64,000 bases of DNA from Eledone cirrhosa (Eukaryota), in assembly GCA_964016885.1 (NCBI GenBank), contig OZ024740.1:282534001-282598000 (forward strand). The letters are read 5' to 3'. A model generated the notes under the pieces. That model was not told where the DNA came from, made no database searches, and worked only from the letters and a program-made list of their open reading frames with translations. This document shows, one piece after another, positions 43,410-58,421 of this stretch. The translations under genes and the position numbers were made by a program. Numbering within the stretch: the stretch's first letter is position 1; every line of letters begins with the position of its first letter.

Positions 43410-43607
43410 ACACTTCTCCGTATAAGACAAGAGCTGAAAAAATATCTTTTAACATGTTAAAATAACCCCCACACACTTACAGACACATTCCTACTGACCA
43501 TCCCTCTACCACGAATTACACTGCTACACACACACAGCAAATTTCTTTCAGAAACGGAAAGAGTGTGAGACAATGAAAGATAGAAAGAGATATAGAGAAA
43601 ACATCAA

Positions 43608-43760
43608 CCCCAGTACTAGACTGGTACTTTTTTTATCGACCTTGAATTGATGAAAGTCAATGTTGACCTCGGTGAGATTTGAATTCAGAGAGCAGAGATT
43701 CTAAATGAATACCGCAAAGCATTCTATCCGACGTAATAATGACTCTGCCAAGTCTCCGCC
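43608..43760 (-). mobile_element. Older SINE subfamily copy
   Basis: Homologous to 11008 and 13992. Confidence 0.75.
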
Positions 43761-44364
43761 TATAAGGATACTTATAATTGCTGCAATTGATCATCTGATG
43801 TTCATCCCATCCTTAGGTGATGGTGTGTACGATAGTTTTGTGTCAACAGATTACTTCTCTTTTTCTTAATTTTAGCTGCAGTAGCTGCTAGAAATTAAAT
43901 AATTGTCAAGGAGAGATTGAGTAGTTAGTAGTAATTTTTTAAGTGAATAATGAAATGTCGTAATCTGGAACTTAGTCGTGTGGTGCACCCAGGAAATGGC
44001 AGTATGGTCAAGAGTTGACCTTGATCACTGATACAGATGAAATGGTTAGTTTGAAATGTTATCAGTTACGAGCAACTATCTCATCGCAACTATCTCTTCG
44101 CAACCGGACAAAAAGGAAAGCAACTATTCCTTGTTCATTATCATCCCTTGATATGTACGATGTCGTGAATGTTCATTTCTGTCCATTTTTATACATATCT
44201 CTCTGCTCTTCTGTTTGTCTCTATGTTTTGGATTCTTTACTTTCTTTATATTTTCCCCTTTTCTCGCTCTTTCCCCCTTTTCTCTTTATCTGTATATCCG
44301 TTTCCTTTCTCTTGTGTACATGTGTTTTCTCATATATTTCCCTGTTGTGTGTTTTTCCAATACG

Positions 44365-45610
44365 GTAAAGTCTATGCTAAGTACCTGGTAAAGACGTGTA
44401 GAGATATTGTCGAGTCCAGATTAGCTGACGATTTATGTGGTTTTTCACCACGGGCACAGCATAGCCGACCAAATATTCACTGTTGGAGGTCTTTAGGAAA
44501 TCGTGGCAGTATTGCCAAGGGGTGTATTCTTGTTTCGTAGATCTCGAAAGGGCATATGACCGAGTTCCAAGGGACCTGTTGTGGAAGGTTCTGCAGGATC
44601 ATGGGATTAATGGTCACTTCTTGTTGCCTTGATGTCTCTATACGAATCTCCTAGTATTTCTGTTCGGGTAAATGGTGCCACGTCGAAACCATTCAATGAG
44701 GATGTTGGACTCCACCAAGGGTGCATACTGTTACCTCTCCTTTTTATAATCTTCATGGATAGAATTGACATACGCAGTCGAATTCGAAGTAGTATTGAGA
44801 CTGGTAGGTGTAGGATGTGTCGGCTGGAATTTGCGGACGACATGGTACTACTTAACTCGTCAGAAGATAATCTACAACATGCACAGGTTACATTTTCTGC
44901 CGAGTGCTACACGACTGGAATGAAAATCAGTGCTGCAAAGACAGAGATTCGTCCTCTCAAGGAAGCCTGCGCAGTACACTCAACATATGAGTGGAGTTCC
45001 AGTAAATCAAGGGAAAATGTTCAAGTATCTTGGGGCCGTGTTCACGAGTGATGGAAGGCAGGAGGCTGGATTAAATGCAAGAAGTGCAGGAACTGTTGCA
45101 ATAATGCGCTAGCTTCAGTATTCGGTTGTCAGAAGAAAGGAGGTATGCATAAAAGCCAAACATTCTATCTTCAATTCGGTATCCGTGCCATCCCTTACCT
45201 ATGGTCGTTTATCATGATTAATGACCGAAATGATAAGATCGTGAATATAAGCAGTCAAAATGGGGTTTCTTCAATGGGTCTTTGGAATAGCGTTACTTGA
45301 CAGAGTGCATAGCTCGGAGATCCGGGAGTCGTTCTAGGTGTTGACACTAATCCTCTGATTTGAGAGGTCATAGCTCCGATATTACGGACATGTGGTTAGG
45401 ATTTTTCAGGAAAGAGTCGTCAGACAAATTTTACGGGCAAAACCAAGCGGCAAAAGACGCAGGGATAGACCCCGAGCAATATGGTTGTATAACATCTATG
45501 AGCTCGGGTGGTAATACTTGGGGATCCAGGTGGATCAATTGGAAACGGTTGCTACTGACAGGACCCGTTAGAAGGAATGTTTGCGGACTCTGCTCCCACA
45601 ATTTTTGCCA
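44365..45610 (+). mobile_element. 5'-truncated RTE-clade LINE (RT + C-terminus)
   Basis: FVDLERAYDRV, VGLHQGCILLPLLFIIFMD, LEFADDMVLL, FKYLG. Confidence 0.92.
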
Positions 45611-45999
45611 ATAAATTCAGGTTGAAGCACATTTTATCATAGTAATAAACAATATTAATAATTTTTCCATGTAAATTATTGTGCACTTTACGGTATATAC
45701 TTACCTTAATTACTGTTAAAAAGCTAATATGTTGTTTTTTTTTGTATGATATCCAGACCTATCCTATATGTTGTTTGCTGTAAATTATTTACGCCATGAC
45801 AATTATGAATGCTTGATGGTTCAAGACTAGGCTACTTACATCATTCCTTAATTATCTACAGAAAATTGTCGTTTTACAACTATGTAAATGAGCATATGTA
45901 ATTGTTAGGAATTAGCTCTATCTAATGCATTTAAGGTGGTATGTTGCTATACGTATGATTATTGGTGAAATATTTTTAAATAGTATTTAATCATTTTTA

Positions 46000-47155
46000 G
46001 CTTCTTCAAAATGTCATATTAACCTACAAGGAAACAAAAAAATGACATCAAATATAGAGGGTATTTTAGGAAATGCGGGTGGCTTGCATCCTATGTGGTC
46101 ATTTAGTTCCCCAATCGCCTTACGCACATTGCAGCAAAGACTTACAATGGGAATGAGAGTACTTCAGTACTTGTGATAACAACCGAGGGATACTCAGACC
46201 ATGTATGAGAATACTTCAGTACTTGTGATAACAACCGAGGGATTCTCAGACATATTCTCCATTGATACTGGAGTCCTCCGGGGAGATCTTCTGGGCCCTT
46301 TCCGTTTTGTGATACATTTTGATTATGCACTGCGTAATGCCATTGCACCATTAGGAAGAATAAGAATAATGCTGAAAAGTCGACAAGGCACCCGACATAG
46401 CTCTTCTGGAAAACACATAAAAAGAAGCTGAAGAAGTGCTGCACATAGCAGAGGCTGCAGCGCAATTTATTGGACTCCTCTTGAATGATGACAAAGCAAA
46501 CTTCATGTACCTAAATGCAACGTCAAATAAACAAATGTATTCCCTGGAAGGTTTCGGAAAATGAGGAAGTCAATGAATTCTTGTATTCTGGCAGTTTTAT
46601 GAACACTGTACACGATGTCAACACCAGGATAGGCAAGGCATTGGAGGCTCTCAACACTCTATCAAATATATGGGTGTCTCCGATCAAGGAAACCACAAAA
46701 ATGAGGCTATTTAAAGCACCTGTTGAGTTCATTCTCCTTTACGGATGGAAGTTATGGACATTAACAAAACCACCCACAGCGAGGATTAATAGCACATTCA
46801 CCCGGATGCTAAGAAACGTCCAGAACGTATCCTGGAGAACACACAGAGAAACGACATCGTTCTCCTACCCACACCTTCCTTTTTCTGATATCATAAGGCG
46901 TAGTAGGATTGCATTATCCGGACATGAAACGTCACAATGAACCTGCTGGTAGAGTTCTTTTCTGGAAACCTGATGCATGCATACGAGTTGGGAGACCAAA
47001 CACTACGCTGTAGAATGTTCTTCAAGATGATATCGGGCTGGAGTCAGGGGAACTTCAGATGGCAATGCAAGACAGGGTGAGTTGGAGAAGGAACCTAGTC
47101 GTAGAACCGGTAACAAATGTGTGGAAGAAGCAGAAGAAGAAGAAGAAGAAGAAGA
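46000..47155 (+). mobile_element. Decayed LINE of a second RTE family with a (gaa)n tail
   Basis: FSIDTGVLRGDLLGPF.F..FDYALR; DVNTRIGKA; VEFILLYG..WTL; ~52-bp internal duplication at 46153-46250. Confidence 0.88.
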
Positions 47156-47912
47156 AATATCATTAGTAGTAGTACTTTAGTATATATTTTGACTTTCTTA
47201 TTTCAGGTGTATTTCTTTTTAATAGTTACTTACATTTAACTATATTGTATTCAGCTGAACTTTTCAATCTCTGTTTTCTTTGGCACCTTTATAGATAAAC
47301 CTATGTGCTTACGAAATACTGAGTAATCAATAAATTTGAAAGGAATTCATAGTGATTCTTGTTAAGTCATTTGATTCCTAAAACTGGCGATACTGTTTTG
47401 AGGAATTAAGGTGTGATTTGAGATGGATTCGCTTGCTACTTGCATGTTGATCGGCCACATAGGGGTTCTCATGCTGACTTGTCTATATTTAATGTTTATT
47501 GTTTACAGCTGTATCAGCAGAATTAGGATTAAATTATCTTGAAAATCGAATTAGGTATGGCTTGTGTCTGTCTATCTAATTAGAATTGTAACTAAGTTAC
47601 CAATCCTTCGCTTGTTATTCAGACCAGGCAGATTCCCCACGCTTCTTCTGAAACAGAATATAACTTCCCATTTTAACAACTATATTATATTTTAGTTAAC
47701 AATAAGTTCCTTTGTCTATTTGGTCAGTAGACGTCTAATTACATAATTTGGTAATATCATCGTTCAGAGGTATCTTACACCCATACACCCACTCTCGGAG
47801 AAACACGCCCGTGCACACAAACACACACATGCACACACGTAATCGTACATAAACATACACCCACACATGCACAGGCGTAAAGGTGTATAAGGGATATACG
47901 TAGATGAAGGAT

Positions 47913-47985
<73 letters not shown>

Positions 47986-48157
47986 GTTACATTTAATTGG
48001 TCTGCTGCTATACTGGGTCACCACCTTGATCTAGTCTGGTACTTAATGAAATGGATATGGGATGGGAATAAAGAAAGGAAAAAAGAGAAAAAGGCGTTCT
48101 GAGATATGTGAATCAGAGTATGTGTGTTCATACCTATATAAGCATACATACATATAT

Positions 48158-48330
48158 TGTGGCTGCCAACTCGTTTTCGAGTACGGCCACTACTTTATAT
48201 CCATGTAGGAGAACCCCTACCGATGCGCTGAACGAGTGTGACCTTTTAGTCCAGCCAGCGACTTGAAAACTCTGGTACAAACACTACACTTGTGACAATC
48301 ATTGACACATAGTGCTGGGCCCATGGTACC
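48158..48330 (-). mobile_element. LINE 3' end (RTE-BovB-like) with a terminal C2H2 finger
   Basis: HKCSVCTRVFKSLAGLKGHTRSAHR* (48217-48294), then the stem-loop ctcg-aaaa-cgag. Confidence 0.55.
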
Positions 48331-48749
48331 ATGTGACGACAAGTGCAGAGAGATCTCCAGATATAAAGCAATGCCTGTGCCGTGAAGCTTTTATAGTGAG
48401 CAAAGGCACTGCACAAAGCCACTCCCACTCTATTAACCAAGATGATATTTACCAAAAAGAAGTCAACATCATTGGATACCATCAGGGTTGCAGGTGTTAT
48501 ATCAGAGTTTTCCTTCTCTTAGAATTGTGCCTTGACAAAGGCTAAGGGGTAATCTCTCCCGGTAATTTTGGATGGCCATTGACTCTTAAGAGCTCCTTTG
48601 CCCTTTGACAGGTTTTGTTTTTAGTCCTGCAGGATGTTCCAAAGTTACCAAGAAACCTTGGTGGGGTTGCCAGTTTAGTCGCCAACGACCCGACCATGAT
48701 ACAGGTTGTACTGGAATACATGTTACCAGTAGCACCAACTGGTAACCTG

Positions 48750-48811
<62 letters not shown>

Positions 48812-48815
<4 letters not shown>

Positions 48816-49250
48816 CTTTGTCTCACTGTCTGTCTGTTTCCTCATGCATTCTCAAAGCGCTCGACCAAATCAAATCAAATTTTACAAGGTGATAGTATTA
48901 GACACCTGATTAACAATATCTACTTTTTATTTTCATTTTCATTAAAACAATATAACATTTTATCTAAAATAATCTTTCTATATTCAACTACAGTAAACGA
49001 CATTTTATAACACGTCGACGACGACGTCAGATTTTGTATATGAGTGTGTATGTGTCTGAGTGTGTGTGTGTGTATTTGCGCGTTCGTTATGTAAGTTAGG
49101 CCTTAATAAGTTACACAGAGAATTAAACATACACACACATCTACTCATACATATGTGTTGACTGACAAGTATATATGTGTGAATGTATGTGTGTGAGTAT
49201 ACATACATTTGTGTGGCGTCTGACATAATGAACACACACACACATATCTG
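48812..49250 (+). mobile_element. Helitron 5' region related to 37340-37700
   Basis: Shared ccaaatcaaatcaaattttacaaggt and ttaaaa.aatataaca.tttatctaaaata blocks. Confidence 0.7.
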
Positions 49251-49278
49251 AAGAGAGAGGACAGAGAGGGAGAGGGAG

Positions 49279-49361
<83 letters not shown>

Positions 49362-49544
49362 AACAGAAAGAAAGAGAGAGAGAGATAGATAAGCCATTAT
49401 ACAGTGAGAGATACGATTAAATTGCTAGATATTTAGAGAGAGAGAGTGTGTGACATCCCAGAAAAGTCTAGAATCGGCTTAATCTACAGAACAAAGTATC
49501 ACTTGAATGTTTAACAATATTGCGCCAGCTTTTATAAAGCGTAC

Positions 49545-49614
<70 letters not shown>

Positions 49615-49923
49615 GTGTGTGTGTGTGTGTGTGTGAATACTCACATTTATGTATCCTTATCATTATCTTCTGTTTTACTATTTGTCACCTGTCTATATTT
49701 TTTCTCCTTTGGCTAAGCCCTTGCGCACTCTATATTTGTGAAATTTGCCTTAAGGCATAACTAGTCTTTATTCTATCCGTTTTTTTATGTCAATGGAATG
49801 AACGGTATCAACCTTAATGCACTGAAACCGTATTGATTTCTAGAGGTTGTCTGGGGGAGATTAGGCTGTCCGTCTTTCCGTAGTTTTTTTTTTCTCTTCT
49901 CTTTGTCAAGTAAGCCCTCTATT

Positions 49924-50090
<167 letters not shown>

Positions 50091-50369
50091 TGTGTGTGTG
50101 CGCGTGTGTGTGTGTGTTTCTTTGTTTGTTTTGAACACCGAAAATGTAAAAAAAGACGAAGATAAGTTCTTAATTATTTCATTGTTTTACGATAGTTTGA
50201 GAAGGTTGATTGATCTTGATAAATTGATACATTGACTAAATGAGTGGTTATGCCATCACCTATTACTTGTCTCGACACCCTAGATCCGTCTCACCATCTT
50301 TCTCAGAAACAATAAAGACAACGTCATTCTAACAACGTTATTGGCCCTACCATATATATAAAGAGTTTA

Positions 50370-50620
50370 AAGTCTGTCTTAAACCAGAAGGCTTATCCTG
50401 GTTCCATGGCGTGGTGCGACTGAGAATAGAAGACTCCCCAATGGACAGGACGTCAGTCTGTCGCAGACTTAAACCCCCAGTTATTGCTGGTATTCATTTT
50501 CAGCTGAGTATACTGGAGCAACGTGAACTGAAGTGTTTTGCTCAAGAACACAACGCGCAACCCAGGAATCGAACTCACGACATTATGATCGTAAGTCCAA
50601 CACCCTTACCACTAGGCCAC
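50370..50620 (-). mobile_element. tRNA-derived SINE (second family)
   Basis: gtggcctagtggtaag A box, gagttcgattcc B box, ttcttgagcaaaacacttca. Confidence 0.8.
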
Positions 50621-50654
50621 ATATCTCCACTATATATATATACACACACACACT

Positions 50655-50779
<125 letters not shown>

Positions 50780-50793
50780 TGGCAGAAGGGTAT

Positions 50794-50836
50794 ACGGTGC
50801 TGATGATAGCTAAGAAGCTTGAAACTAGTACATCGT
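50794..50836 (+). ncRNA. Type I minimal hammerhead ribozyme in TA-flanked element 50778-51125
   Basis: acggug-CUGAUGA-uagcuaagaagcuu-GAAACuaGUA-caucgu. Confidence 0.88.
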
Positions 50837-51122
50837 TCCTGTGTCAGTGTTGAACAAAAAGGTGACGGGGTTGCCTTAACACCGTACGGCAAAAATCAGA
50901 CTGTCCGTTTGTTTACAAACGGACAAAGCGGGCGTTATAATAAACGTCCGCTAAACTGATACGTACATATATATATGTGTACCTGTATGAATATATATAT
51001 ATATATATGCATACTACTGTACGTCTGTATACATATATGTATGTACGTATACACACATACTTACATTTAAGTAAGTGCCGTACTAAGAGTGAGAAATGAA
51101 ATTTCGTTTCATCCTATTTCAA

Positions 51123-51167
<45 letters not shown>

Positions 51168-51329
51168 GCCTGATATGCTTGTGCATGCACATCAGCGTAG
51201 GAGTAGGTGCTTGTGTGCTTAGATTAGTGTATTTAAAGGCCTATGGATTTATAAATACACATCTCTTCATGAGACATGATTGACATGCGTAGCCGAGTGC
51301 GAAGTGGTATCAAATCCAGCGACGGTAGA

Positions 51330-51747
51330 ATCAAACCGGTGCACCACCGCTCGCAACGCATATGATAGATAACTAAATACCAAGGCTTGACAGACCGCAG
51401 CCTTTTCGTACCGGTCGCTGTCGATACCTCAGATGACCTCCGTCCCTGCACTGCTAATTTCCTTCGTAAAATCGGAAAAGTCCGCTTGAGGAAGGAGTCC
51501 CGCGAGGTGGAGTGACTGTTGCAGCAGGTGTCACTGGCCATTCTCACGGCAATATTTTTCTCGTTGCTTAACTCCTTTTTTGTTCACATTGTGCTTTTGT
51601 TTCGTTTCTTTATTGCTATGTATATTGTACCGTATCTATCACATTTTCTGTATTCAGTGAAATATTTTGATTTCAAAGGTTTTGAAAATTTCCGATAAAA
51701 CTTATTAATACTTGCCCCCCAAAAATAAAAAAAATGAATAAATAACA
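51330..51747 (+). mobile_element. CRE-clade LINE 3' fragment inserted into an RTE
   Basis: KYQGL..FVPVAVDTS..P.TANFLRKIG..RE..LLQQVSLAI; A-rich tail. Confidence 0.7.
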
Positions 51748-52430
51748 TCAGTCATCTGGATTTTGTAGATGGTATGGTGCTACTTAACTCATAGGCTATT
51801 TATCATATGCACAGGTTAGGGTTACTGCTGTGTGCTGCACGGCAGAAATGGGAATTATTTCTGTGAAAACTAAGACACTCATCCTCTCAAGAATGCCAAC
51901 GCAGTGCACTCTGCATGTCAGTGGAGCTGCACTGAAGCAGTTGGAGAATTTCAAGTATCTCAAGGCCGTTTTTACAGGAGATGGAAAGCAGATGACTGAA
52001 TTAAATGTGCCTGCTTCAGCGCTCGGTCATTAGAAGGGAGGTAGTTAAACAAGCCAAACTTGCTATATTCAATTCAGTATTCGTACTTTTGGTCATATAT
52101 GTTTGATAATGACTGAAAGAGTACGACCACGAATACAAGTAGCTGACATGGTTCCTCTGGTGGGTCATGGTGTAACATTACTCGATAAGGTGCATAGTTC
52201 AGAGAACCGGGGATCACTACAGGTAAAGCCGCTACTTCTCTGATGTACAACGGACATATGGTTAGAATGTGTAAGAAAAGAATCGCTGGACAGATTTTAC
52301 GGACAAAGTCAACCGGCATGAGTACCAGTGTTAGACTAGGAGGATGATGGTTGGATAACATCAATGAGCTCAGTTGGTCTCGCTTGGGAATCGGCCGGAT
52401 AATTTACAGACAGTCACTTCCGATAGGATG
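51748..52430 (+). mobile_element. RTE-clade LINE fragment (5' piece at ~51260-51330)
   Basis: LDFVDGMVLL, KTLILSR..LKQLENFKYL; homologous to 44365-45610. Confidence 0.85.
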
Positions 52431-52614
52431 GAGGAAGGAGATGAAAGGATTCTTTGAAGTTTGGTAATCATTGTTGGCGTTTACGAGGGGTTATGGTGGG
52501 TACTGTAGTCACTGGCAAGGATAGGATAGAGAGAGGCTTAGTTCGTGGAAGATAAATATTAAAATGGAGACACAGATGAATGGTGACAGCAGAGTTTACA
52601 TATATATGTAAACG

Positions 52615-52684
<70 letters not shown>

Positions 52685-53075
52685 AGAAACATGAGAAGAA
52701 AGAAGAATACTGCGTGATTGCACATGGGTTACATATGATAAAAATAGTCCTTCGTCAGTGATTTTCCAGCCATCATTGATATTTCATCGCATTATATATA
52801 TATATATATATATATAAAGAATTAGTATATCTACTAACATATATATACAGATGCATACCTATGCCAGCAAATATATAGGTCCACTGAATTATTTTTGTAT
52901 AAGTTCCCTGTGTCCACGCATTGCCTGGAAACTTAGCTGAGAATAGACTTCCCTGATGACTAAAGGCTCTCCGTACGTTTCTTCGGAAACTATGTTTATT
53001 CCCTTTCAGAAACTAATTAGTTGGAGTGAAATTTTAGTAAGTAAGTTAATTTTTATAATTTTCTTATTTTACGTC

Positions 53076-53114
<39 letters not shown>

Positions 53115-53495
53115 TGTTTCTGATTTAGGCACAAGGCCAACAATTTTGGGGAATGTAAAGTCAATTAAATTGATTCCAGTGTATTACTGTTGCTTTATTT
53201 TATCGACGCCCGTAAGGATGAAAGGCAAATCTAACCTCGGCCTTAACTCTGTGCCACTAAAACAAATACATCGTTGGCCATCCAATAGTGTGTATATATG
53301 TATATATTGTGTTGGAGTGTAAATGTGTATATGTGGGTGTGTGTAGGATAGTTTGCATGGACGTTTGTTTATTTTATTCTAAACATTTAAACTTTTAAAT
53401 ATTTTTATTTTATCTCCTGTTATCTAACTTATCTATTTTACCTATTTATTATTTATTTGGGAAAACCTACGGCTACTCCAGCAGAGAGAGAGAGA

Positions 53496-53587
<92 letters not shown>

Positions 53588-53829
53588 CAGACAAAACTGC
53601 AGTTGATAACGCTACCTATCATCTTGCATATGGTTGTCATTGGATTCTGGCTTTTGATATTTATGAGCTGCATGTGTTTAGCACAAACACATGCTGCTTT
53701 GATTTCCTCATGCAGATATTTCTTTGAAGTCCTGTGGCGATGGGGAAGCAGCGACGTATTCAGACTTAACCAGCTGGAGGTATACAGTTGCTAATCTACA
53801 AGCGGGTGACTTAAGGCTTATCTAACGTC

Positions 53830-54070
53830 GTTGCCAGATTCAGACTAGAAACTGGCTTCGACGGAGTCTTTTGCGAATGAGCAGCCCTTACAAGGGAGAA
53901 CACATCTCAGCCAACTCTTGGGAAAGGTCAAGAAAAGAGGACCCAAACATTATCTGTTCCACAATAAAGCTTCTTATGGATGCGAAACGTGGACAAATTA
54001 CAGGCTTCCCATCGGGCAGCTGGAAAAGTTTCATCAGTATAGTATCCGACGCATCCTGGGGATCGAAAAG
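53830..54070 (+). mobile_element. RTE-BovB-like fragment
   Basis: SYGCETWT..QLEKFHQYSIRRILGI. Confidence 0.8.
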
Positions 54071-54074
54071 TCTA

Positions 54075-54705
54075 CTAAATCGACCCCAGTGCTTAAATAG
54101 TGCTTTATATTATCGACCCCGTAAGTATGAAAGAGAAAACTAACCTCGGCGGGATTAGAACTCAGACCGTAAAGGGCCGTAATTCTATGCTGCAAAGCAT
54201 GGTGTCCGACTCTAGCGATACTGCCAATCCACCGCCCTTGTCTACCCCAAAATAATGATTTCTAGTATAGGCACAAGGCCAGTAATTTGGGGGAGGGGAA
54301 AGTCGATTAAGTTACCGGTGCTTTATTCTATCGACCACGTAAGGATGAAAGGCAAAGCTAACCTCGGCTGGATTCGAACTCATAACGTAAAGGGCAGTAA
54401 TTCTCTGCTGCGAGGCAGGGGTCCGACGCTTTACCAATACTACCAAACCACATAATAATGGTTTCTTATATTTTTATGGTTTATTACATAATAATAATAA
54501 TTGTTTCTACTTTTGGCACAAGGCCAACAATTATCCCAGTACATTACTGGTACTTTATTTTATCGACTCCGTAAGGATGAAAGGCAAAGTTAACCTCGGC
54601 CTTTCATCCTTACGGGGTCGATAAAATAAAGCACCAGTTAAGCAATGGGGTCGATTTAATAGACTTTCCCATCCCACAAAATTGCTGGCTTTGAGCCTAT
54701 AATAG
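54075..54705. mobile_element. SINE cluster: two minus-strand copies plus an inverted pair
   Basis: Homology to the dominant SINE. Confidence 0.85.
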
Positions 54706-55347
54706 TAGATATTTAACAGGGATTATGTGATGGAGTTGGCTAGTATTAGGCAAGAGTACTATTTCTGTGTGTGCGTGTGTCCGTTAACGTTAGTTCTTAA
54801 AGGTTCATAGAGAGAAAGTGAATGACACCCAGACTAAATTCGCGGGATATCCTTCATTGATCAAAAGGACTACAATTTCTTTAGAGAAATTAGCTCTTTG
54901 TTCATTATTTTCTTGCTGTACTCATTTGAACTTGGTTTACTGAGGCGTTTTTCTGTCTAGTTTCCGATTGGTAACATTAAGCTTTAACTCACTCTCCTAT
55001 CTATTGTTTACTGATGTTGTGGCCGACTACGTCCACATAAGCCCAACAAAGATGCATAAAGCTATCCTTGTTGATCACATTACATTTATGTCCTCTGCAT
55101 CATATATATTCCTCTGTACATGCACATGCGCATGCCCAAACCTTTACACACACTCACACACACACTCACACATACATATATATACATATATATATATATG
55201 TGTGTGTATATATCAGTCCAGAAATAGCCGTCGAAAGGGCTTGAGCTCTGCCGTCGGGGTCAAACATTTTCCTATTATCCACTCTACTACCCTAAGTATT
55301 GAGTACCCTGGTGCGTTATCGTCCATCTGGTTCCTTACCACTCTTCC

Positions 55348-55716
<369 letters not shown>

Positions 55717-55936
55717 TATATATATATATAGAGAGAGATTTTGAATGAGGAATGTTCTAATAACTGACCAATGAGAGGAGAAGGGGACCTTTGACACTGA
55801 AATTCGTTTGTTTGAATTCATATGACTCCAGTTCCTCAGTGAATTAACAACCCAACAAGGAACTGGGCATATCAGAGTATTGACAATATCATACACCTAA
55901 ATAACATATGTACTTGTCTATACCATACTAATTCAA

Positions 55937-55991
55937 ACTGCCTGAAGAGGTCACAGCCAAAGATGGCTGTCACTGAAATATATATAGCAGT
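55937..55991 (+). ncRNA. Type I hammerhead ribozyme
   Basis: acugc-CUGAAGA-ggucacagcc(aaagau)ggcugucacu-GAAA-u-auau-AUA-gcagu, then AATAAA. Confidence 0.88.
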
Positions 55992-56375
55992 AATAAACGA
56001 AGCTAAATTTTAATCATTTGACTTTTATTTAACTTTATTTTATATATATATATAGGAAAAGAGACCGGCCTTTTCGAAAGCTAGCTAGATCCGAGCTAAG
56101 CCACCAGTATTAGAACGGCAGGAATCTAGCTGAGCTTATCAAGGGTTACAGTCCATATATGGGTATGCAGTCAAAGCAAAATATATATATATATATATAT
56201 AAGCAAAAAATCCTAAAATGTTGTTGTTTTTCTTGTCTGTCACTGTCACAGGGAGTTTTCAATGATCATGGACTCTTCCTATTACCCACTCTACTACCCT
56301 AAGTATTAGAGTACTTTGGTGTGTTATGGTTCACCTGGTATCTTACCACATCCTCTTTGTTACACACACACACAC

Positions 56376-56406
<31 letters not shown>

Positions 56407-56499
56407 CAGCGTCTCTCAAAATATGTATACACACTTCAACAGCATTCTAATAAATATTGCCTCTACAGGCAATAAAAGTGTGTATACATTTTGAGTAAC

Positions 56500-56558
<59 letters not shown>

Positions 56559-58421
56559 ATATATATGTATATATATGTGCGTGTGTATGTGTGTGCATGT
56601 CTCTGTGTGTATATGTATGTATGTGTATGCATACACGCCTACACATATATATGCTTTTACACATGTGTATATAAATATAGTCCTATGCATGCACGTACTT
56701 ACGTGAATTACACCAACATCTGTGTGTACTCTCGTACACATACACACATTCTTACTTACATGCATCCATGCATAGTTGTCTCCAACCATGCACATCCACG
56801 TATACGTAGGCTTATACGCGCTTGCAAACATATAGACATGGACACACATTCTCACATAATGCATTCAACATTGCACTCACATTAACGGACGCCATATCTA
56901 TGTGCATGCATATGTGCGTGGGTGTCTTTACGGCTTCTCAGCCCACACCTATACCCACGGACCTTTGTATATGCGCCTCACATGCATATGTGTATACTAA
57001 TGTATACACTTCACATATTCATACATGTGCTAGCCCTTTGCGCGCCACCCACATTCAGATTTATACATGCAGATATAGGTACGGATTGTTTGTCAGGGTG
57101 CATGCACATGGGTGGTTCATTGACGTCTATTGGTATTAATTTGCCTTTGCATATAAGTGCAAGCCTGAGGTGACGGAAATCTGCATCAGTGTACGTGTTT
57201 CCGGCCATGGAAAGCATATGAATGCATAGTTCAATTTATCGGATCCAGCTTCTTGTCTGTACATCCGTGTTCCGTAATTCTTTGGACTGTTTTCTATCGA
57301 TCAACATACGGTTCTTACTAAGATTTCAGAATATGTCTCGTCTCTTGTCTGCATTTTCAAGGATCTTTAACTTGAAGGTCAGCTATATGTTTAGTTGTCG
57401 CTAGTGTTTCAAACTTCTTTGGCAGTGCAACAATTACAGTTATAGTGCGCCTGTTTTTTTTTGTTTTTGTTTTTTTTCCCGCTTGTTTTCGTATACTTAA
57501 TTTGATGCGTTAGCCAGAGTTGGTCTTGCAATTCAGATGTAATTGGACGCTTAAGTCTTGTGTCGCTCTTCAAAGCTTCTGAAATTTGACAGGTGGTGAT
57601 TACATTTATTATATCGTTTCAGGTTGTTATACGCTATCATTTGTATGTACCACTCGATACCACCTTAGATTGTGTTAGAAAGTACGACTTCTATTACTTA
57701 GATGGCAGCTTTGGAGTCACATTAACTGTTGTAGGTGATAATTCTACTAGATAAGTTTTCTTCGATTGTAGCTGGCGGACTCTAAGGGTGAGTGGCGAAA
57801 TAATACTTTGATGCGGGTTGGCATTTCATTTAGCTTTTGTGGGCTTTGTATAGAGTATTTCTGAGGTTTTAAGATTACATTAGTAATCTTAAATCCTTAT
57901 ATGCTGAAAAGCTGGTTCATGTATTTTCTAAATCTGTCTTATGTCGTCGCGGTAAAGACGGACATCTATATACTACTAAAGTTATGTAATTGTGTGCTTG
58001 TCTGTAATTAAATAAAGCCAAAACGGCGCATCATAGAAAAATATTTTGAAAGCAACTGTCCCTGAAATGGGAATACAAATGGAATAAAACAAATTTCGTG
58101 TGAATCGGAGCACGGGTTCCCGAGTTATAGGGTTTTTCCGGGTACCTTCATAAATGTGTAGAGAGAAAGAGATGGTGGTTGTGGGAGAGTAGCGAATATT
58201 TCCTACTAAATAGTGCGTGTATATATGTGTATGTGCGTGTGTGTATATGTGTGTCTGTGACCAGTGTATATAGGTCACATACACCCCACCCACCCCATAT
58301 ATATATATATAAAATGGGGTAAATATCTCTCTGAGTACTAAGTACCCATAGAGATATATAGTGTGTCTATAATATAATTGGTGTTCAATGGTACTAATTC
58401 GAGATACCAGAACTATAATAT

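Noticed and set aside
48217-48294. Host C2H2 zinc-finger gene exon
   Set aside because: Single finger with upstream stops and a LINE-like 3' stem-loop; a retroelement end fits better.
52953-52996. CUGAUGA..GAAAC-uau-GUU candidate
   Set aside because: Stems I and II do not pair; at best a decayed copy. The same applies to weak or half motifs at ~18012, ~24095, ~29430, ~55230 and ~62775.
57180-57970. PLE endonuclease C-terminus on the minus strand (LKTSEILYTKPTKAK*N)
   Set aside because: One short degenerate motif; suggestive but not enough to annotate.
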